Of a DNA stretch of 32,000 nt, positions 9,385 through 19,476 are shown piece after piece. The stretch lies in contig CBDCNV010000001.1 of NCBI GenBank assembly GCA_965219535.1, positions 1,530,001-1,562,000 on the forward strand. The letters are read 5' to 3'. The notes beneath the pieces were generated by a model. It made no database searches and was not told where the DNA came from. It worked only from the letters and a program-made list of their open reading frames with translations. The first letter of the stretch is position 1. The number at the start of each line of letters is the position of its first letter. Both the position numbers and the translations under genes were made by a program. The DNA comes from Opitutales bacterium. GTDB taxonomy: Bacteria; Verrucomicrobiota; Verrucomicrobiia; Opitutales; PNEW01.

Positions 9385-10674
9385 ATGGGAATTCCAAACG
9401 AAATCAAAAGTCTGGTAGCTTACCCTGTTGCTCTATTTGGCAGCGGGGTCAGTGGGCGAGCGGTGATGGATCTTCTGAGGCACCATAATATTTCATTTCT
9501 CAGCTTTGATGAACGCGGCGGGGAGAATGATCGACATTTTTTTAATTCGAGTGACGCACGCGAGCATCTACTTGTTATCTATAGTCCAGGATTTCCCCAG
9601 AATCACCCCTGGTTACAAACCGCTCGCAGTGAAGGTTGTCTTTGTTTGGGCGAAATTGATTTTGCCTCCCTTTTCTGGAAGGGTCGAATAATTACTATTA
9701 CCGGAACAAACGGTAAGACGACTTTGACTGAATTTATATCTTTTGCTTTAAAGCGCCAGGGAACAGATGCCCTGGCTGTCGGTAATAATGGGGTCCCTTT
9801 TTCACGTCTTCACGATCTGAAGACAACTGAGCGGAAGGTGGCTGTTTGTGAAGTGAGTTCATTTCAAGCTGAATCCTTTCATTATTTTAAATCGGACGCG
9901 TTAATATGGACTAATTTCACTGAAGACCATCTCGATCGCTATAAGAATTGTGAAAACTATTTTTCGGCCAAATGGAATTTGGTGAAATCTTTGCGTCACT
10001 CATCTTTTATAGCGGGTGAATCAGTAGCCAAAGCAGCGGAGAAGTTTGGTTATCAGATGCCCGAATTTGTTGAAATCGTCACCGAGACTGAGGAATCACC
10101 ATGGAGCATACCCCATGGATCAGTATTTGCCACTTATCCTCAGCGTAATAATCTTCAGTTGGCCTTGAGCTACTGGGAAAGTGAGGGTTATTCGAAAACT
10201 ATTTTAAAAGATGCCGTGGTGCGTTTTCCCCCGCGCAGGCATCGTCTCGAAAAAGTCGTAGTGATTAATGATGTCAACTTTTGGAATGATTCGAAGGCGA
10301 CCAACTTTGCCGCGACATATGCGGCCCTTAAAGAATTTGATGAGCCAGTCATTTGGATTGGGGGAGGTCTGTCTAAAGGCGGCGACATTAAAAATTTTGC
10401 AAGGGAAGTAGCGGATAAAGTTAAATCGGCTTATTTGATCGGCGAAACGGCAGAGACAATAGCCAGCGGTTTTAATGAGAAAAATACGCCAGTTGACAGA
10501 TGTGAAACCATGCAAGACGCGGTATTTTCCGCATTCGAGAAAGCTGAGCCAAACGATATTGTCCTGCTTAGTCCTGGATTTTCAAGTCAGGACATGTTTG
10601 AAAATTATGACCAGCGAGGTACTAGTTTCGAGAACGCGGTAATGAGTTTAAAAGTGCCACTTAATACAAAATAA
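9385..10674 (+). CDS. murD: UDP-N-acetylmuramoylalanine--D-glutamate ligase MurD
   Basis: It has an N-terminal Rossmann GSGVSGRA, ITGTNGKTT and Mur-ligase domains. The ORF is open from 9292 (overlapping mraY), but M32 at 9385 lies just after the mraY stop. Confidence 0.9.
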   Translation: MGIPNEIKSLVAYPVALFGSGVSGRAVMDLLRHHNISFLSFDERGGENDRHFFNSSDAREHLLVIYSPGFPQNHPWLQTARSEGCLCLGEIDFASLFWKGRIITITGTNGKTTLTEFISFALKRQGTDALAVGNNGVPFSRLHDLKTTERKVAVCEVSSFQAESFHYFKSDALIWTNFTEDHLDRYKNCENYFSAKWNLVKSLRHSSFIAGESVAKAAEKFGYQMPEFVEIVTETEESPWSIPHGSVFATYPQRNNLQLALSYWESEGYSKTILKDAVVRFPPRRHRLEKVVVINDVNFWNDSKATNFAATYAALKEFDEPVIWIGGGLSKGGDIKNFAREVADKVKSAYLIGETAETIASGFNEKNTPVDRCETMQDAVFSAFEKAEPNDIVLLSPGFSSQDMFENYDQRGTSFENAVMSLKVPLNTK

Positions 10675-10680
10675 AATATA

Positions 10681-11775
10681 ATGAAAAAAGAAAAATTCGA
10701 TATGCAAATATCAAAAATATTCAGTATAGTTCTAGGCCTACATCTCCTTGTTTTCAGCATGCTTCTCATCGTGCCTGGTTGTGTGACAACAGAAGGTGAA
10801 TCAACAGCGACAGAACCCGTAAAACCCAGGGGTGAAACGATGAAATCGCCACCTCGTGTTCAACCGCCAAGCACGCGCTTAGATCCCGCCTTTAATGCGG
10901 GGCTGGCTAGCGGTAGCTCCCGACGAACGACAAAGGGAGGAAGATATCCACCCATGCGACCGACGGCAGAATTAGAAACGGACTCTATTCTCGAACCCCT
11001 TGGCGATTTGATTGATACCTCATATTCTACCTACACTGTTCAAAGTGGTGATAGTCCATGGTTAATCGCCAATGCCTATGGTATCCCCCTTGACGATTTG
11101 CTGAGAGCGAATGGCTTTACACGGGAAACCACTATCTATGTCGGCCAGGAGATTGTAATTCCCGGTGATGCAACGCGTGAAGATAGCGGTGATGCCCCTG
11201 TCGATTTCTCAATTTTGGATAGCGAGAACGAATACATGGTTGAACCTGGTGATACACTTTCGGGAATCGCAGCGCGCTATAATGTGAAAATTAATGCATT
11301 AAAGGGAATAAATAATTTAAGCAATGATGTTATCCTTGTAGGACAGATTCTGCAAATTCCCAGTGGGGGCAATTATACTACTGAGTCGATTAATATCTCT
11401 GAAGAAAGACTCTCCGATCCCTCAGCTTTAGGGAATGAGAATATCCATATAGTTCAGGAGGGAGAAACGCCGAATTTAATTGCCCGCAAGTATGGGCTAA
11501 AAACTGAGGACTTAATGCGAATAAATAAGATAAGCGATCCAAGAAAATTACAGCTTGGGCAATCATTGCTCATTGTGCTACCCGAAAGCACAGATGAAAG
11601 TCCAAGTATAACACCCTCGATAGAGACAGAGAGGGAAGAGTCGGAACCGGATCCTTTTGAGTTTCCGGATTGGGAAGACAGTCAACCCCCAAGCGTAGAA
11701 GATCTTGAACGTAGTCTTCTCGAAGAGGAAGATAAAATCCCCGTTATTCCTATCGAATCCGAAAGTAGCTATTAA
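10681..11775 (+). CDS. membrane-anchored or lipoprotein-type protein with three LysM peptidoglycan-binding domains and an acidic C-terminal tail
   Basis: The N-terminal hydrophobic segment ends in IVPGC (lipobox-like). Three LysM repeats are present: YTVQSGDSPWLIANAYGIPLDDLLRANGF...GQEIVIP; YMVEPGDTLSGIAARYNVKINALKGINNL...GQILQIP; HIVQEGETPNLIARKYGLKTEDLMRINKI...GQSLLIV. The tail is rich in E/D/P/S. Confidence 0.8.
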   Translation: MKKEKFDMQISKIFSIVLGLHLLVFSMLLIVPGCVTTEGESTATEPVKPRGETMKSPPRVQPPSTRLDPAFNAGLASGSSRRTTKGGRYPPMRPTAELETDSILEPLGDLIDTSYSTYTVQSGDSPWLIANAYGIPLDDLLRANGFTRETTIYVGQEIVIPGDATREDSGDAPVDFSILDSENEYMVEPGDTLSGIAARYNVKINALKGINNLSNDVILVGQILQIPSGGNYTTESINISEERLSDPSALGNENIHIVQEGETPNLIARKYGLKTEDLMRINKISDPRKLQLGQSLLIVLPESTDESPSITPSIETEREESEPDPFEFPDWEDSQPPSVEDLERSLLEEEDKIPVIPIESESSY

Positions 11776-11797
11776 TCTAAATATAATAAATTGAGCT

Positions 11798-12925
11798 ATG
11801 TCTTGGTGGATTAATATTCGACGAAATCTTCCGGCCTTATCACTGATTCTTGCGGTCGCAAGTTTGACGGGACTTGGTTTAATAATTCTTTTTAGCGTTA
11901 CCCATTCTCAATATACGGATCCGTATTTTATCGTTCAGCGACAAGTGATATGGCTCTGTCTTGCGGTTGTCGCTGCAGCGGCAGCTTTTTTCATTGATCT
12001 TGAGAAGATGCGAACCTTTGTCTGGCTTATCGCGGTCAGTGTAATCATCATGCTGGCGCTTGTCCTCATTCCCGGAATAGGTCTCGAAATAAATGGAGCC
12101 CGACGTTGGCTGGATCTTGGGCCGATGAATATGCAGGTATCCGATTTTGCTAAAATCGGGTTGATATTTGTCCTCTCTCATTACCTCGCTCAAAACCAGC
12201 GGTCTCTAAAAAGCTTTGAACAAGGGTTTTTTATTCCCTCTCTGATCATTGGATCCGTGGTTGTATTAATTCTATTACAACCGGATTTTGGTACTGCTTT
12301 CCTCACCGGCGTGATTGGATTTACCCTTCTCTTTCTTGCTGGTGCGAGACTTATATACATTATCCCCTCAGTATTTATTAGTGGAGTTCTTTTCTGCATA
12401 GCTATTTTTCTCGATCCCGTGCGCCTCAAGCGTATTACCGCATTTCTTGATGTAGAGGGAAACAGGAGTGATGGCGCCTATCAGCTTTGGCAGGGCATTC
12501 TTGCCTTTGGTGCTGGTGGAATGAGTGGAGTAGGTCTTGGAAACGGTCGGCAGCAAATGGCATTTCTCCCCGAAGCTCACACCGATTTTATTTTTCCCAT
12601 CATCGGGGAAGAGTTAGGATTTTTTTTCACGACTGGAGTGGTCTTTGTTTTCCTCGGTATTTTTTTAATTGGTTTATGGCAACTGCGTCGTTCGCCAAAC
12701 CTTTTTCAATTTCTCTTCGCGAGTGGGGCCCTCATGCTTATTACTCTTCAGGCCCTGCTTAACTTCGGCATTGTTACGGGATGTCTTCCTACCAAAGGCA
12801 TGTCGCTGCCTTTTATTAGTTATGGAGGGTCTAATCTTGTCTGTATGTTTTTCCTTGTCGGAATTATTTTAAACTATCTCCAGGAGTGGAATCGATCAGC
12901 CCTGCGAAAACCTCGAGAACTATGA
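11798..12925 (+). CDS. ftsW: SEDS-family peptidoglycan glycosyltransferase FtsW
   Basis: It is a 10-TM-type protein with conserved SEDS segments (LQPDFGT, PEAHTDFIF, SYGGSN). It lies between murD and murG. Confidence 0.9.
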   Translation: MSWWINIRRNLPALSLILAVASLTGLGLIILFSVTHSQYTDPYFIVQRQVIWLCLAVVAAAAAFFIDLEKMRTFVWLIAVSVIIMLALVLIPGIGLEINGARRWLDLGPMNMQVSDFAKIGLIFVLSHYLAQNQRSLKSFEQGFFIPSLIIGSVVVLILLQPDFGTAFLTGVIGFTLLFLAGARLIYIIPSVFISGVLFCIAIFLDPVRLKRITAFLDVEGNRSDGAYQLWQGILAFGAGGMSGVGLGNGRQQMAFLPEAHTDFIFPIIGEELGFFFTTGVVFVFLGIFLIGLWQLRRSPNLFQFLFASGALMLITLQALLNFGIVTGCLPTKGMSLPFISYGGSNLVCMFFLVGIILNYLQEWNRSALRKPREL

Positions 12926-14040
12926 GCAACTTTCTAATATCCTGTGGCGGCACGGGCGGGCATTTGGCTCCTGGCATATCTCTCGCAGAAAGGCTTATTG
13001 AACAGGGGCACCGCTGTTGGCTTATTATTAGTAAAAAAGAAGTCGATTCGCGTTTAACTCGAAAGTATCCAGAGCTTGATTTTGTGCGCGCACCGGGAGC
13101 AGCTTTTTCCTTCAGTCCCTTGCGACTCATTAAATTTTTCATTCAGCAATTTCAATTACTCATCTTTTCTTTCAAGTTATTACGCAATAAACGCCCCGAT
13201 ACGATTGTTGCTTTTGGGGGATTTATTACGGTCGGAATTACCGTCGCGGGAATCATTCACGGCTGCCCAGTTGCTATTCATGAAGCTAATCGCAAACCGG
13301 GAAAAGCAACTCGCTACCTGCGGGGATTAGCCAAACGATTATATCTCCCTGAAGGGGTACAATTAGCTGGAGTTCCCTTGCAGTCGATTAAACATTTTGG
13401 GTATCCGTTGCGTAAGGGAATTCGACGCACTCCAAAAGAGACGGCGCGTAGCAATCTTCGCATCAATGTTACTGGTAAATTACTTGTGGTTTTAGGCGGA
13501 AGCCAGGGTGCACAGGCGCTTAATGAATGGGTTAACGCGAATTTTGAAAAGTTAGGCGCGGAGGGAATCAGCGTTTATTGTGTAACCGGATTGGGAAAAG
13601 GTAATAATGGGGTCTTTGAATATCGCTCGACCTCCAATGAGGTGGTAAAAGCTTATTATTCCACATTTTGTGATAACATGGGTGGTCTCATGTCGTCGGC
13701 AGATTTGGTCCTCTCAAGAGCGGGCGCGGGAACAATCGCTGAATTAATGCAATGCCGAGCGCCCTCTGTTCTCGTGCCTTACCCCTTTGCGACAGATAAC
13801 CACCAACTCGCGAACGCGCGGTTTCTCGAACAACTGGGTGGGAGTTTGACGATTGAACAAAGTCAAATCAGCAGCCTCTATAGTGAAGTTATTGAACTTA
13901 TTTATAACGATTGGCTATTAGATAAATTTAGACAAAACCTTCAGCGCTTAAATCTAAGTAATAGTGCCGAAATGATCGCCTGTGATCTTGAAAAACTTTC
14001 ATCTGAATTTGCTAAGAAGGATAACGGCAAAGGGCAATAG
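12922..14040 (+). CDS. murG: UDP-N-acetylglucosamine--N-acetylmuramyl-(pentapeptide) pyrophosphoryl-undecaprenol GlcNAc transferase MurG
   Basis: It has the GGTGGHLAPG motif and a GT28 architecture. ATG 12922 overlaps the ftsW stop as ATGA. The ORF is open from 12886. Confidence 0.93.
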   Translation: MSNFLISCGGTGGHLAPGISLAERLIEQGHRCWLIISKKEVDSRLTRKYPELDFVRAPGAAFSFSPLRLIKFFIQQFQLLIFSFKLLRNKRPDTIVAFGGFITVGITVAGIIHGCPVAIHEANRKPGKATRYLRGLAKRLYLPEGVQLAGVPLQSIKHFGYPLRKGIRRTPKETARSNLRINVTGKLLVVLGGSQGAQALNEWVNANFEKLGAEGISVYCVTGLGKGNNGVFEYRSTSNEVVKAYYSTFCDNMGGLMSSADLVLSRAGAGTIAELMQCRAPSVLVPYPFATDNHQLANARFLEQLGGSLTIEQSQISSLYSEVIELIYNDWLLDKFRQNLQRLNLSNSAEMIACDLEKLSSEFAKKDNGKGQ

Positions 14041-14051
14041 CCTATAAGAGA

Positions 14052-16373
14052 ATGAGCGAGAGGATGAAAAGTTTATTTATGATCGGAATCGGGGGTATGG
14101 GCATGGCCCCCTTGGCGCTCTATTTGAGAAGCGGTGGACATAAAATCAGTGGCTATGATGATAATATTAGTAGCCCGATATCAAAGCTTCTGGAGAACAA
14201 TGATATCAATATAGAGTCGAAACCTGAGATTACAAAAGACATTGATGCCATTGTTTATTCAAGCGTGGTTGATGCAAGTCATCCCTGTTATCGTGCCGCG
14301 AGTGAACTCAAATTACCTCTAATGAAGCGGGGAGTGATGCTAGCCCGCGCGGTAGCGGATAAAAAGCTCATTGCTGTAGTAGGTAGTCACGGTAAAACGA
14401 CAACCTCAGGTATGCTTATCTCTGCACTGGAAAAAGAGGGATTTAAATTTGGTTATATTTTAGGGGTCTTATTCAATGATAATTACACCTTGCCCGCGAA
14501 GTTTAATCGTGATAGCGAGTGGGTGATCGCAGAGATCGATGAAAGTGATGGAACAATAAACGAATTTTCACCGGAAATAACACTTACGACAAATTTTGAT
14601 TGGGATCATCCAGATCAATATCCAAATCCAGGTGAATTGGAAAATACTTTTGAGCGACTTTTCCAGCGGACTGAAAAATCCGTTTTTTTTCCGGTGGACT
14701 GCAAATATTTAAAGCAATTATCTCAAGATAATATTACCGCTGATCGGTTGAGTTTCGGGGAGGATGGCGATTACGTGGGTATAATCTTAGAAAAGAGCCG
14801 TAAAAACCTATCATTAAAATTAAGTGGACGTTTTGCTGATAGTGAAGTATCGGTGCCGGTACCAGGACGTTTTAACGCGCTCAATGCTTTGGGCGCATTA
14901 GCCGTAACGCAGTACCTGACAACACATCTTGATAAGTATACACTTGAACTTTTTCCCGGAATATGGCGTCGGCAGACACTTCTCTATAGCGATCCTCAAT
15001 TAACTGTTTATGAAGATTATGCGCATCATCCTGAAGAGATTGGAGCCCTCTTAAACTTTATCCGTGAGGACTACCCCGATAATCAAATAGTCATTGTTTT
15101 CCAACCTCATCGCTATTCGCGAACCCTTCACTATAAAGAGGCATTCGCGGAAGTCCTGAAAAAAGCAAATGCATTTTACCTTCTCAATGTCTACGGGGCA
15201 AATGAGAGCCCTCTTGAGGGTGGGACGAGCGCTGATCTGCTCAAACTTCTGCCAGACATCTCAGAGGACAGAATTGTTACTTCGGTAGAAGAGTTGAGCG
15301 ACAGTCTTGAACAAAAATTAAAAGCACCTTCAGTTTTGCTTTTTATAGGTGCAGGTGATATCACAGAATGGGCCAAAGCCGTGGTCGCGAGAATAGAAAA
15401 TAAGCGCCAAAAAGTAATTAATGGTAATCAGACAATGACCAAAGAAGAAAAATGGTGGATCGATCTATCGCAAAAGATCGATAAGCAAACAAGAATAGCT
15501 GATTTTGAATCGCTCGCCGATAAAACGACCCTGCAAGTAGGAGGGAACACACGCTATTATTCAGAACCGGCATCGGAGGAAGATCTGCGTATCCTCCTAA
15601 GCGAGGCGAGTAAAAATAAAACTCCTGTATATTTTATCGGACGCGGTTCCAATCTGATCGTTCCGGATGAAGGGTTTCAAGGTTTAGTCATTCGGCTTAA
15701 TCATCAATATTGGAAACAAATTCGACCCCTGGGTGAGGGGCGCATTTGGGCGGGAGCGGGTGTCCGGTTAAATAAAATTTGTGTTGAAGGTATAAAACTG
15801 GGGCTCGCGGGCTTTGAGTTTCTCGAGGGGATACCAGGAACTCTTGGGGGATCATTGCGAATGAATGCTGGTGCGATGGGCGGATGGATATTCGATATCG
15901 TAGATGAAGTTCAGTTAGTTACCTTGGAGGGGGAATTTAAAAAGATAAAACGCGAAGATGTACACATCAGCTACCGGGCCTGTGAAGAGCTGAAAGATAC
16001 AGTAGCGATAGGAGCAATTTTATGCGCAACTTCAAGTGCAGAAGCAAAAACCATCCGCGAAAAAGTTAAGTCATTTTCAAGCATCCGAAAAGACAGTCAG
16101 CCTCGCGAGCCGAGCGCAGGGTGTATATTTAAAAACCCCGAGGGGTCGTACGCAGGACAGATCATTGATGAATTGGGACTCAAAGGGAGGCAGGTCGGAG
16201 CAGCTCAAGTTTCGAAGCTTCACGGTAATTTTATCATTAACCGTGGTGGAGCAACGAGCAAAGATGTTATATCATTGATAAAAGACATACGCCGAGAGGT
16301 TAAGGCTGATCGGGGGCTTGATCTCGAACCCGAAGTCCTCCTTATGGGTAAAAGTTGGGAAGAAGTTCTATGA
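14052..16373 (+). CDS. murC-murB: bifunctional fusion: UDP-N-acetylmuramate--L-alanine ligase (MurC, N-terminal) / UDP-N-acetylenolpyruvoylglucosamine reductase (MurB, C-terminal)
   Basis: A single 773-aa ORF. The N-terminal half has GIGGMGMAPLA, GSHGKTTT and a Mur-ligase layout. After residue ~490 comes a MurB FAD-binding domain (TTLQVGGNTRYY, GRGSNLIVPDEGF) and a C-terminal domain (SAGCIFKNP, GNFIIN). There is no stop or frameshift between the halves. Confidence 0.9.
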   Translation: MSERMKSLFMIGIGGMGMAPLALYLRSGGHKISGYDDNISSPISKLLENNDINIESKPEITKDIDAIVYSSVVDASHPCYRAASELKLPLMKRGVMLARAVADKKLIAVVGSHGKTTTSGMLISALEKEGFKFGYILGVLFNDNYTLPAKFNRDSEWVIAEIDESDGTINEFSPEITLTTNFDWDHPDQYPNPGELENTFERLFQRTEKSVFFPVDCKYLKQLSQDNITADRLSFGEDGDYVGIILEKSRKNLSLKLSGRFADSEVSVPVPGRFNALNALGALAVTQYLTTHLDKYTLELFPGIWRRQTLLYSDPQLTVYEDYAHHPEEIGALLNFIREDYPDNQIVIVFQPHRYSRTLHYKEAFAEVLKKANAFYLLNVYGANESPLEGGTSADLLKLLPDISEDRIVTSVEELSDSLEQKLKAPSVLLFIGAGDITEWAKAVVARIENKRQKVINGNQTMTKEEKWWIDLSQKIDKQTRIADFESLADKTTLQVGGNTRYYSEPASEEDLRILLSEASKNKTPVYFIGRGSNLIVPDEGFQGLVIRLNHQYWKQIRPLGEGRIWAGAGVRLNKICVEGIKLGLAGFEFLEGIPGTLGGSLRMNAGAMGGWIFDIVDEVQLVTLEGEFKKIKREDVHISYRACEELKDTVAIGAILCATSSAEAKTIREKVKSFSSIRKDSQPREPSAGCIFKNPEGSYAGQIIDELGLKGRQVGAAQVSKLHGNFIINRGGATSKDVISLIKDIRREVKADRGLDLEPEVLLMGKSWEEVL

Positions 16374-17296
16374 GTGATATTTCGATCGCCGTATTGTCTG
16401 GAGGTATTTCAAGAGAGCGCGATGTCTCTCTGGAATCGGGGCAAGCAGTTACAGCTGCATTAAAAGAGAATTATTCCGTTGATCTTTTTGAATTAAATGA
16501 AATGGCCCTCCCATCCAATCTCGATGCTGAAAGGCAGGTCGTTTTTTTAGCCTTACATGGAACTTTTGGCGAGGATGGAGAAATACAAAAAATGCTTGAA
16601 GAGGGAAATTTTTCTTACGCGGGCTGTGAATTTGAAGCGAGCCGCCTTTGTATTAACAAAAAAGAAACAAAAGCGCGTGTGGCAAAATCTGGTATCCGAG
16701 TTGCCGAAGACTTTTTAGCGGTAGCACCTGGTTTACCGGCAGCGACCGAAGTGGTTGCTAAACTCGGTAGCAGTGTCGTCGTTAAACCTTTATGCGAGGG
16801 GAGTAGTGTAGGTGTTTCAATAGCTGAAAACGAGGAAGTGCTCGGTGAACAAATGGCCCAGCTTGAATCTGGTAATTGGCTCTTTGAACAAAAGATAGAG
16901 GGGAGAGAAATCTCGATCGGGGTGCTTGAAGGTAAGGGAATGGGCCTCGTGGAAATATTACCAAAAAATGGGTTCTATGATTACAGGCACAAGTATACGG
17001 AAGGAATGACAGAATATCGTTACCCTGCCGAACTTGGAGATTCATTGGAGAAAGAAATTCGCGAAGCCGCGGAGTGTGCCTTTGAGATTTGTGGTTGCCG
17101 TGATTTTATCCGCGTCGATTTTATGACTTCGGATAGTGGGGAGAGCTATTTTCTAGAAATAAATACTCTGCCTGGTCTTACTTCTACGAGCCTCTTGCGT
17201 AAAAGTGCGAGCTGCCTGGGTTACGATTTTCCACAACTGGCACAGAAGCTGGTTTCACCGGCAATTAATAGATTTTATGCTTCGCGAGACAATTGA
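16370..17296 (+). CDS. ddl: D-alanine--D-alanine ligase
   Basis: ATP-grasp protein with IAVLSGGISRERDVSLESG, HGTFGEDG and FLEINTLPG. ATG 16370 overlaps the murC-murB stop as ATGA. Confidence 0.94.
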   Translation: MSDISIAVLSGGISRERDVSLESGQAVTAALKENYSVDLFELNEMALPSNLDAERQVVFLALHGTFGEDGEIQKMLEEGNFSYAGCEFEASRLCINKKETKARVAKSGIRVAEDFLAVAPGLPAATEVVAKLGSSVVVKPLCEGSSVGVSIAENEEVLGEQMAQLESGNWLFEQKIEGREISIGVLEGKGMGLVEILPKNGFYDYRHKYTEGMTEYRYPAELGDSLEKEIREAAECAFEICGCRDFIRVDFMTSDSGESYFLEINTLPGLTSTSLLRKSASCLGYDFPQLAQKLVSPAINRFYASRDN

Positions 17297-17298
17297 TC

Positions 17299-18231
17299 AT
17301 GGCAAAAAAGACATCCAATTCCACAGAGACAAGAAACTGGCGTGGAATTAAGCAAACAGCCGGACGGCAAGCGGTTAGCACAATAGCACGCAAACGTAAA
17401 TTTGTCGCTCACGCAAAAATGTACGGTGTCATTCTTATCATTTTATTAATGGCTGGAGGCATTGCGTATAGTGTTCACTTTTTCCGTTCTCATGAAAGTC
17501 AGATAATTCTCGCCGGTCCCTCTGATCCCGTGCGCCGTATTAACTTTCAAAGTAATGGAGAGCTCGACTACCAATGGTTCGAACATAATGTCGCCTGGCC
17601 ACAGGATAAGACAATCATGGAGATCGATATTTTTGCGATCAAACAGATGCTGGAAAAGAAAGGGCAGATCGCTTCGGCGGTTGTCTCACGGAAATTTCCC
17701 GATGAATTGCATATAGAAATTATAGAGAGAGACCCTGTTTTACGTGCGCGAGTTCAAAGTGAAAAAGGGGCAAAGGAGGAAGTTTATATCGCCCGGGATG
17801 GGACGGTATATTTTCATGAGAACTATGAAAAAACAAAAAAGAAACATTTACCTTATTTAGGTGGAGTTCGTTTCAAGCAGGATGACGATCACATTCTTTC
17901 TCTCCCTGGCATGGATGTAATCTCACAACTACTGGATACTGCCCGTTTAAATTACCCAAACATATTTGAGTCGTGGAAGGTAGTTTCTTGTGAGGAATTT
18001 GATGGTCTTAATGAATTCTCCGATGAGATTATTAAGATACGGAGCAGTATTGTTCGTGAGATAATATTCACTCCATTTGATTTTAATCGGCAATTGGATC
18101 AATTAGCGCGCATTATCAAATACTCTGAAAGAAACCACATTTATAATATTAAACGCATTGACCTCTCGATCAGCGACCAGGTTGCAGTACAATTTTATAC
18201 CGATCTTGGACCTAAAAAATTTAGAAATTGA
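17299..18231 (+). CDS. ftsQ: cell division protein FtsQ (POTRA domain)
   Basis: Bitopic protein with the TM segment YGVILIILLMAGGIAYSV, followed by POTRA/FtsQ-type beta-rich domains. It sits in the conserved position ddl-ftsQ-ftsA. The ORF-track start is TTG 17293; ATG 17299 is more likely. Confidence 0.75.
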   Translation: MAKKTSNSTETRNWRGIKQTAGRQAVSTIARKRKFVAHAKMYGVILIILLMAGGIAYSVHFFRSHESQIILAGPSDPVRRINFQSNGELDYQWFEHNVAWPQDKTIMEIDIFAIKQMLEKKGQIASAVVSRKFPDELHIEIIERDPVLRARVQSEKGAKEEVYIARDGTVYFHENYEKTKKKHLPYLGGVRFKQDDDHILSLPGMDVISQLLDTARLNYPNIFESWKVVSCEEFDGLNEFSDEIIKIRSSIVREIIFTPFDFNRQLDQLARIIKYSERNHIYNIKRIDLSISDQVAVQFYTDLGPKKFRN

Positions 18232-18260
18232 ATATAATATAATAAACCAACAATCCAATT

Positions 18261-19469
18261 ATGAACGAAAACAGAATCATTGGAGCAGTAGAAATAGGAG
18301 GTTCCAAGGTGGTCGTAATGGTGGGAGAAATTATCGATGGAGGAAGAAGCCTCAACATTATCGGGATGGGGCAGTCTACAGCGATGGGGGTGAGAAAGGG
18401 AGAAATTATCGATTTTCGTGCGGCGAGTGATTGTACCCATGCTGCGATCATCGCGGCCGAAAAAAATGCCGGGGCCACAATTGAGGGAGTATTTCTTGCT
18501 CAAACAGGAAGGCACCTTCAAGGCTTTGCAAATAAAAGCTCAGTTATGGTCAGCTCCCCTGACAGTCTCGTTCGCCAGAGCGATATTCAAAGCGTGATAG
18601 AAAATGCCAAACGCAAAGAGTTACCTCACAGACGCGTTTACATACACCATGTTCAGTGCGGATTTCAGTTAGATGGACGACCGGTCAAAGACCCTCATCA
18701 GATGCAAGGTGACGAATTGGATGTTACTTACTGGCACATAGAGGGAGATGAAAGAAAAGTAAGTGATCATATTCATGTAATTAATGGTTTTGGTTTGAAA
18801 GTCGAAGATATGATAATTTCAAGCATCGCCTCGGGCTGTATGGTTGCGAGTGAGGAGGAAAAGCAGAATGGTGTGCTCGTTTTGGATATCGGTTGTAGCA
18901 CTACAGATTACTTGCTTTATCGCAACGGACATATTGTGCGAACGGGAGTGGTAAGTGTTGGGGGTGATCACCTGACAAACGATTTAAGTCTGGGATTGCG
19001 CGTCAATAAACAGCAGGCCGAGAAACTCAAACTGGAATTTGGAAAAGCGATTATTGATAGCGAAGATAAAGATGAGAAGGTCTGGCTCTTCGGTGATTTG
19101 ACGATCGGTGATCGCGCCATACCCCGTTTGGCGATTTATCAAATACTTAAGGCCAGAATAGATGAGCTTTTCGGAATAGTAAAAAAGGAACTCGTCGAAT
19201 TTCTTAACCCCGAGGAATTAGCAGCTGGTGTGGTTTTAACGGGAGGGGTCTCACGCTTACCAAAAATTGCCGATGCTGCATCGCACCGATTAGGGATGTC
19301 TACACGGATCGGTGATAACCCGTCCTGGGTGAGAGATGATTTACGTAAACCGGAATACAGTACCGTGTTAGGGCTTCTTTACTATGGTCTTACGGCTCAA
19401 AATATAGAAGAGCAGAATATAAAGAAGTCAGGTCTTTTTAGTAAAGTAGCCAATATGTTTAACCTATAA
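18261..19469 (+). CDS. ftsA: cell division protein FtsA (actin-like ATPase)
   Basis: It has an actin/HSP70-fold phosphate motif (VEIGGSKVVV, LDIGCSTTD, LTGGVSRLP) and a C-terminal amphipathic membrane-targeting helix (GLFSKVANMFNL). Confidence 0.9.
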   Translation: MNENRIIGAVEIGGSKVVVMVGEIIDGGRSLNIIGMGQSTAMGVRKGEIIDFRAASDCTHAAIIAAEKNAGATIEGVFLAQTGRHLQGFANKSSVMVSSPDSLVRQSDIQSVIENAKRKELPHRRVYIHHVQCGFQLDGRPVKDPHQMQGDELDVTYWHIEGDERKVSDHIHVINGFGLKVEDMIISSIASGCMVASEEEKQNGVLVLDIGCSTTDYLLYRNGHIVRTGVVSVGGDHLTNDLSLGLRVNKQQAEKLKLEFGKAIIDSEDKDEKVWLFGDLTIGDRAIPRLAIYQILKARIDELFGIVKKELVEFLNPEELAAGVVLTGGVSRLPKIADAASHRLGMSTRIGDNPSWVRDDLRKPEYSTVLGLLYYGLTAQNIEEQNIKKSGLFSKVANMFNL

Positions 19470-19476
19470 TTATATT

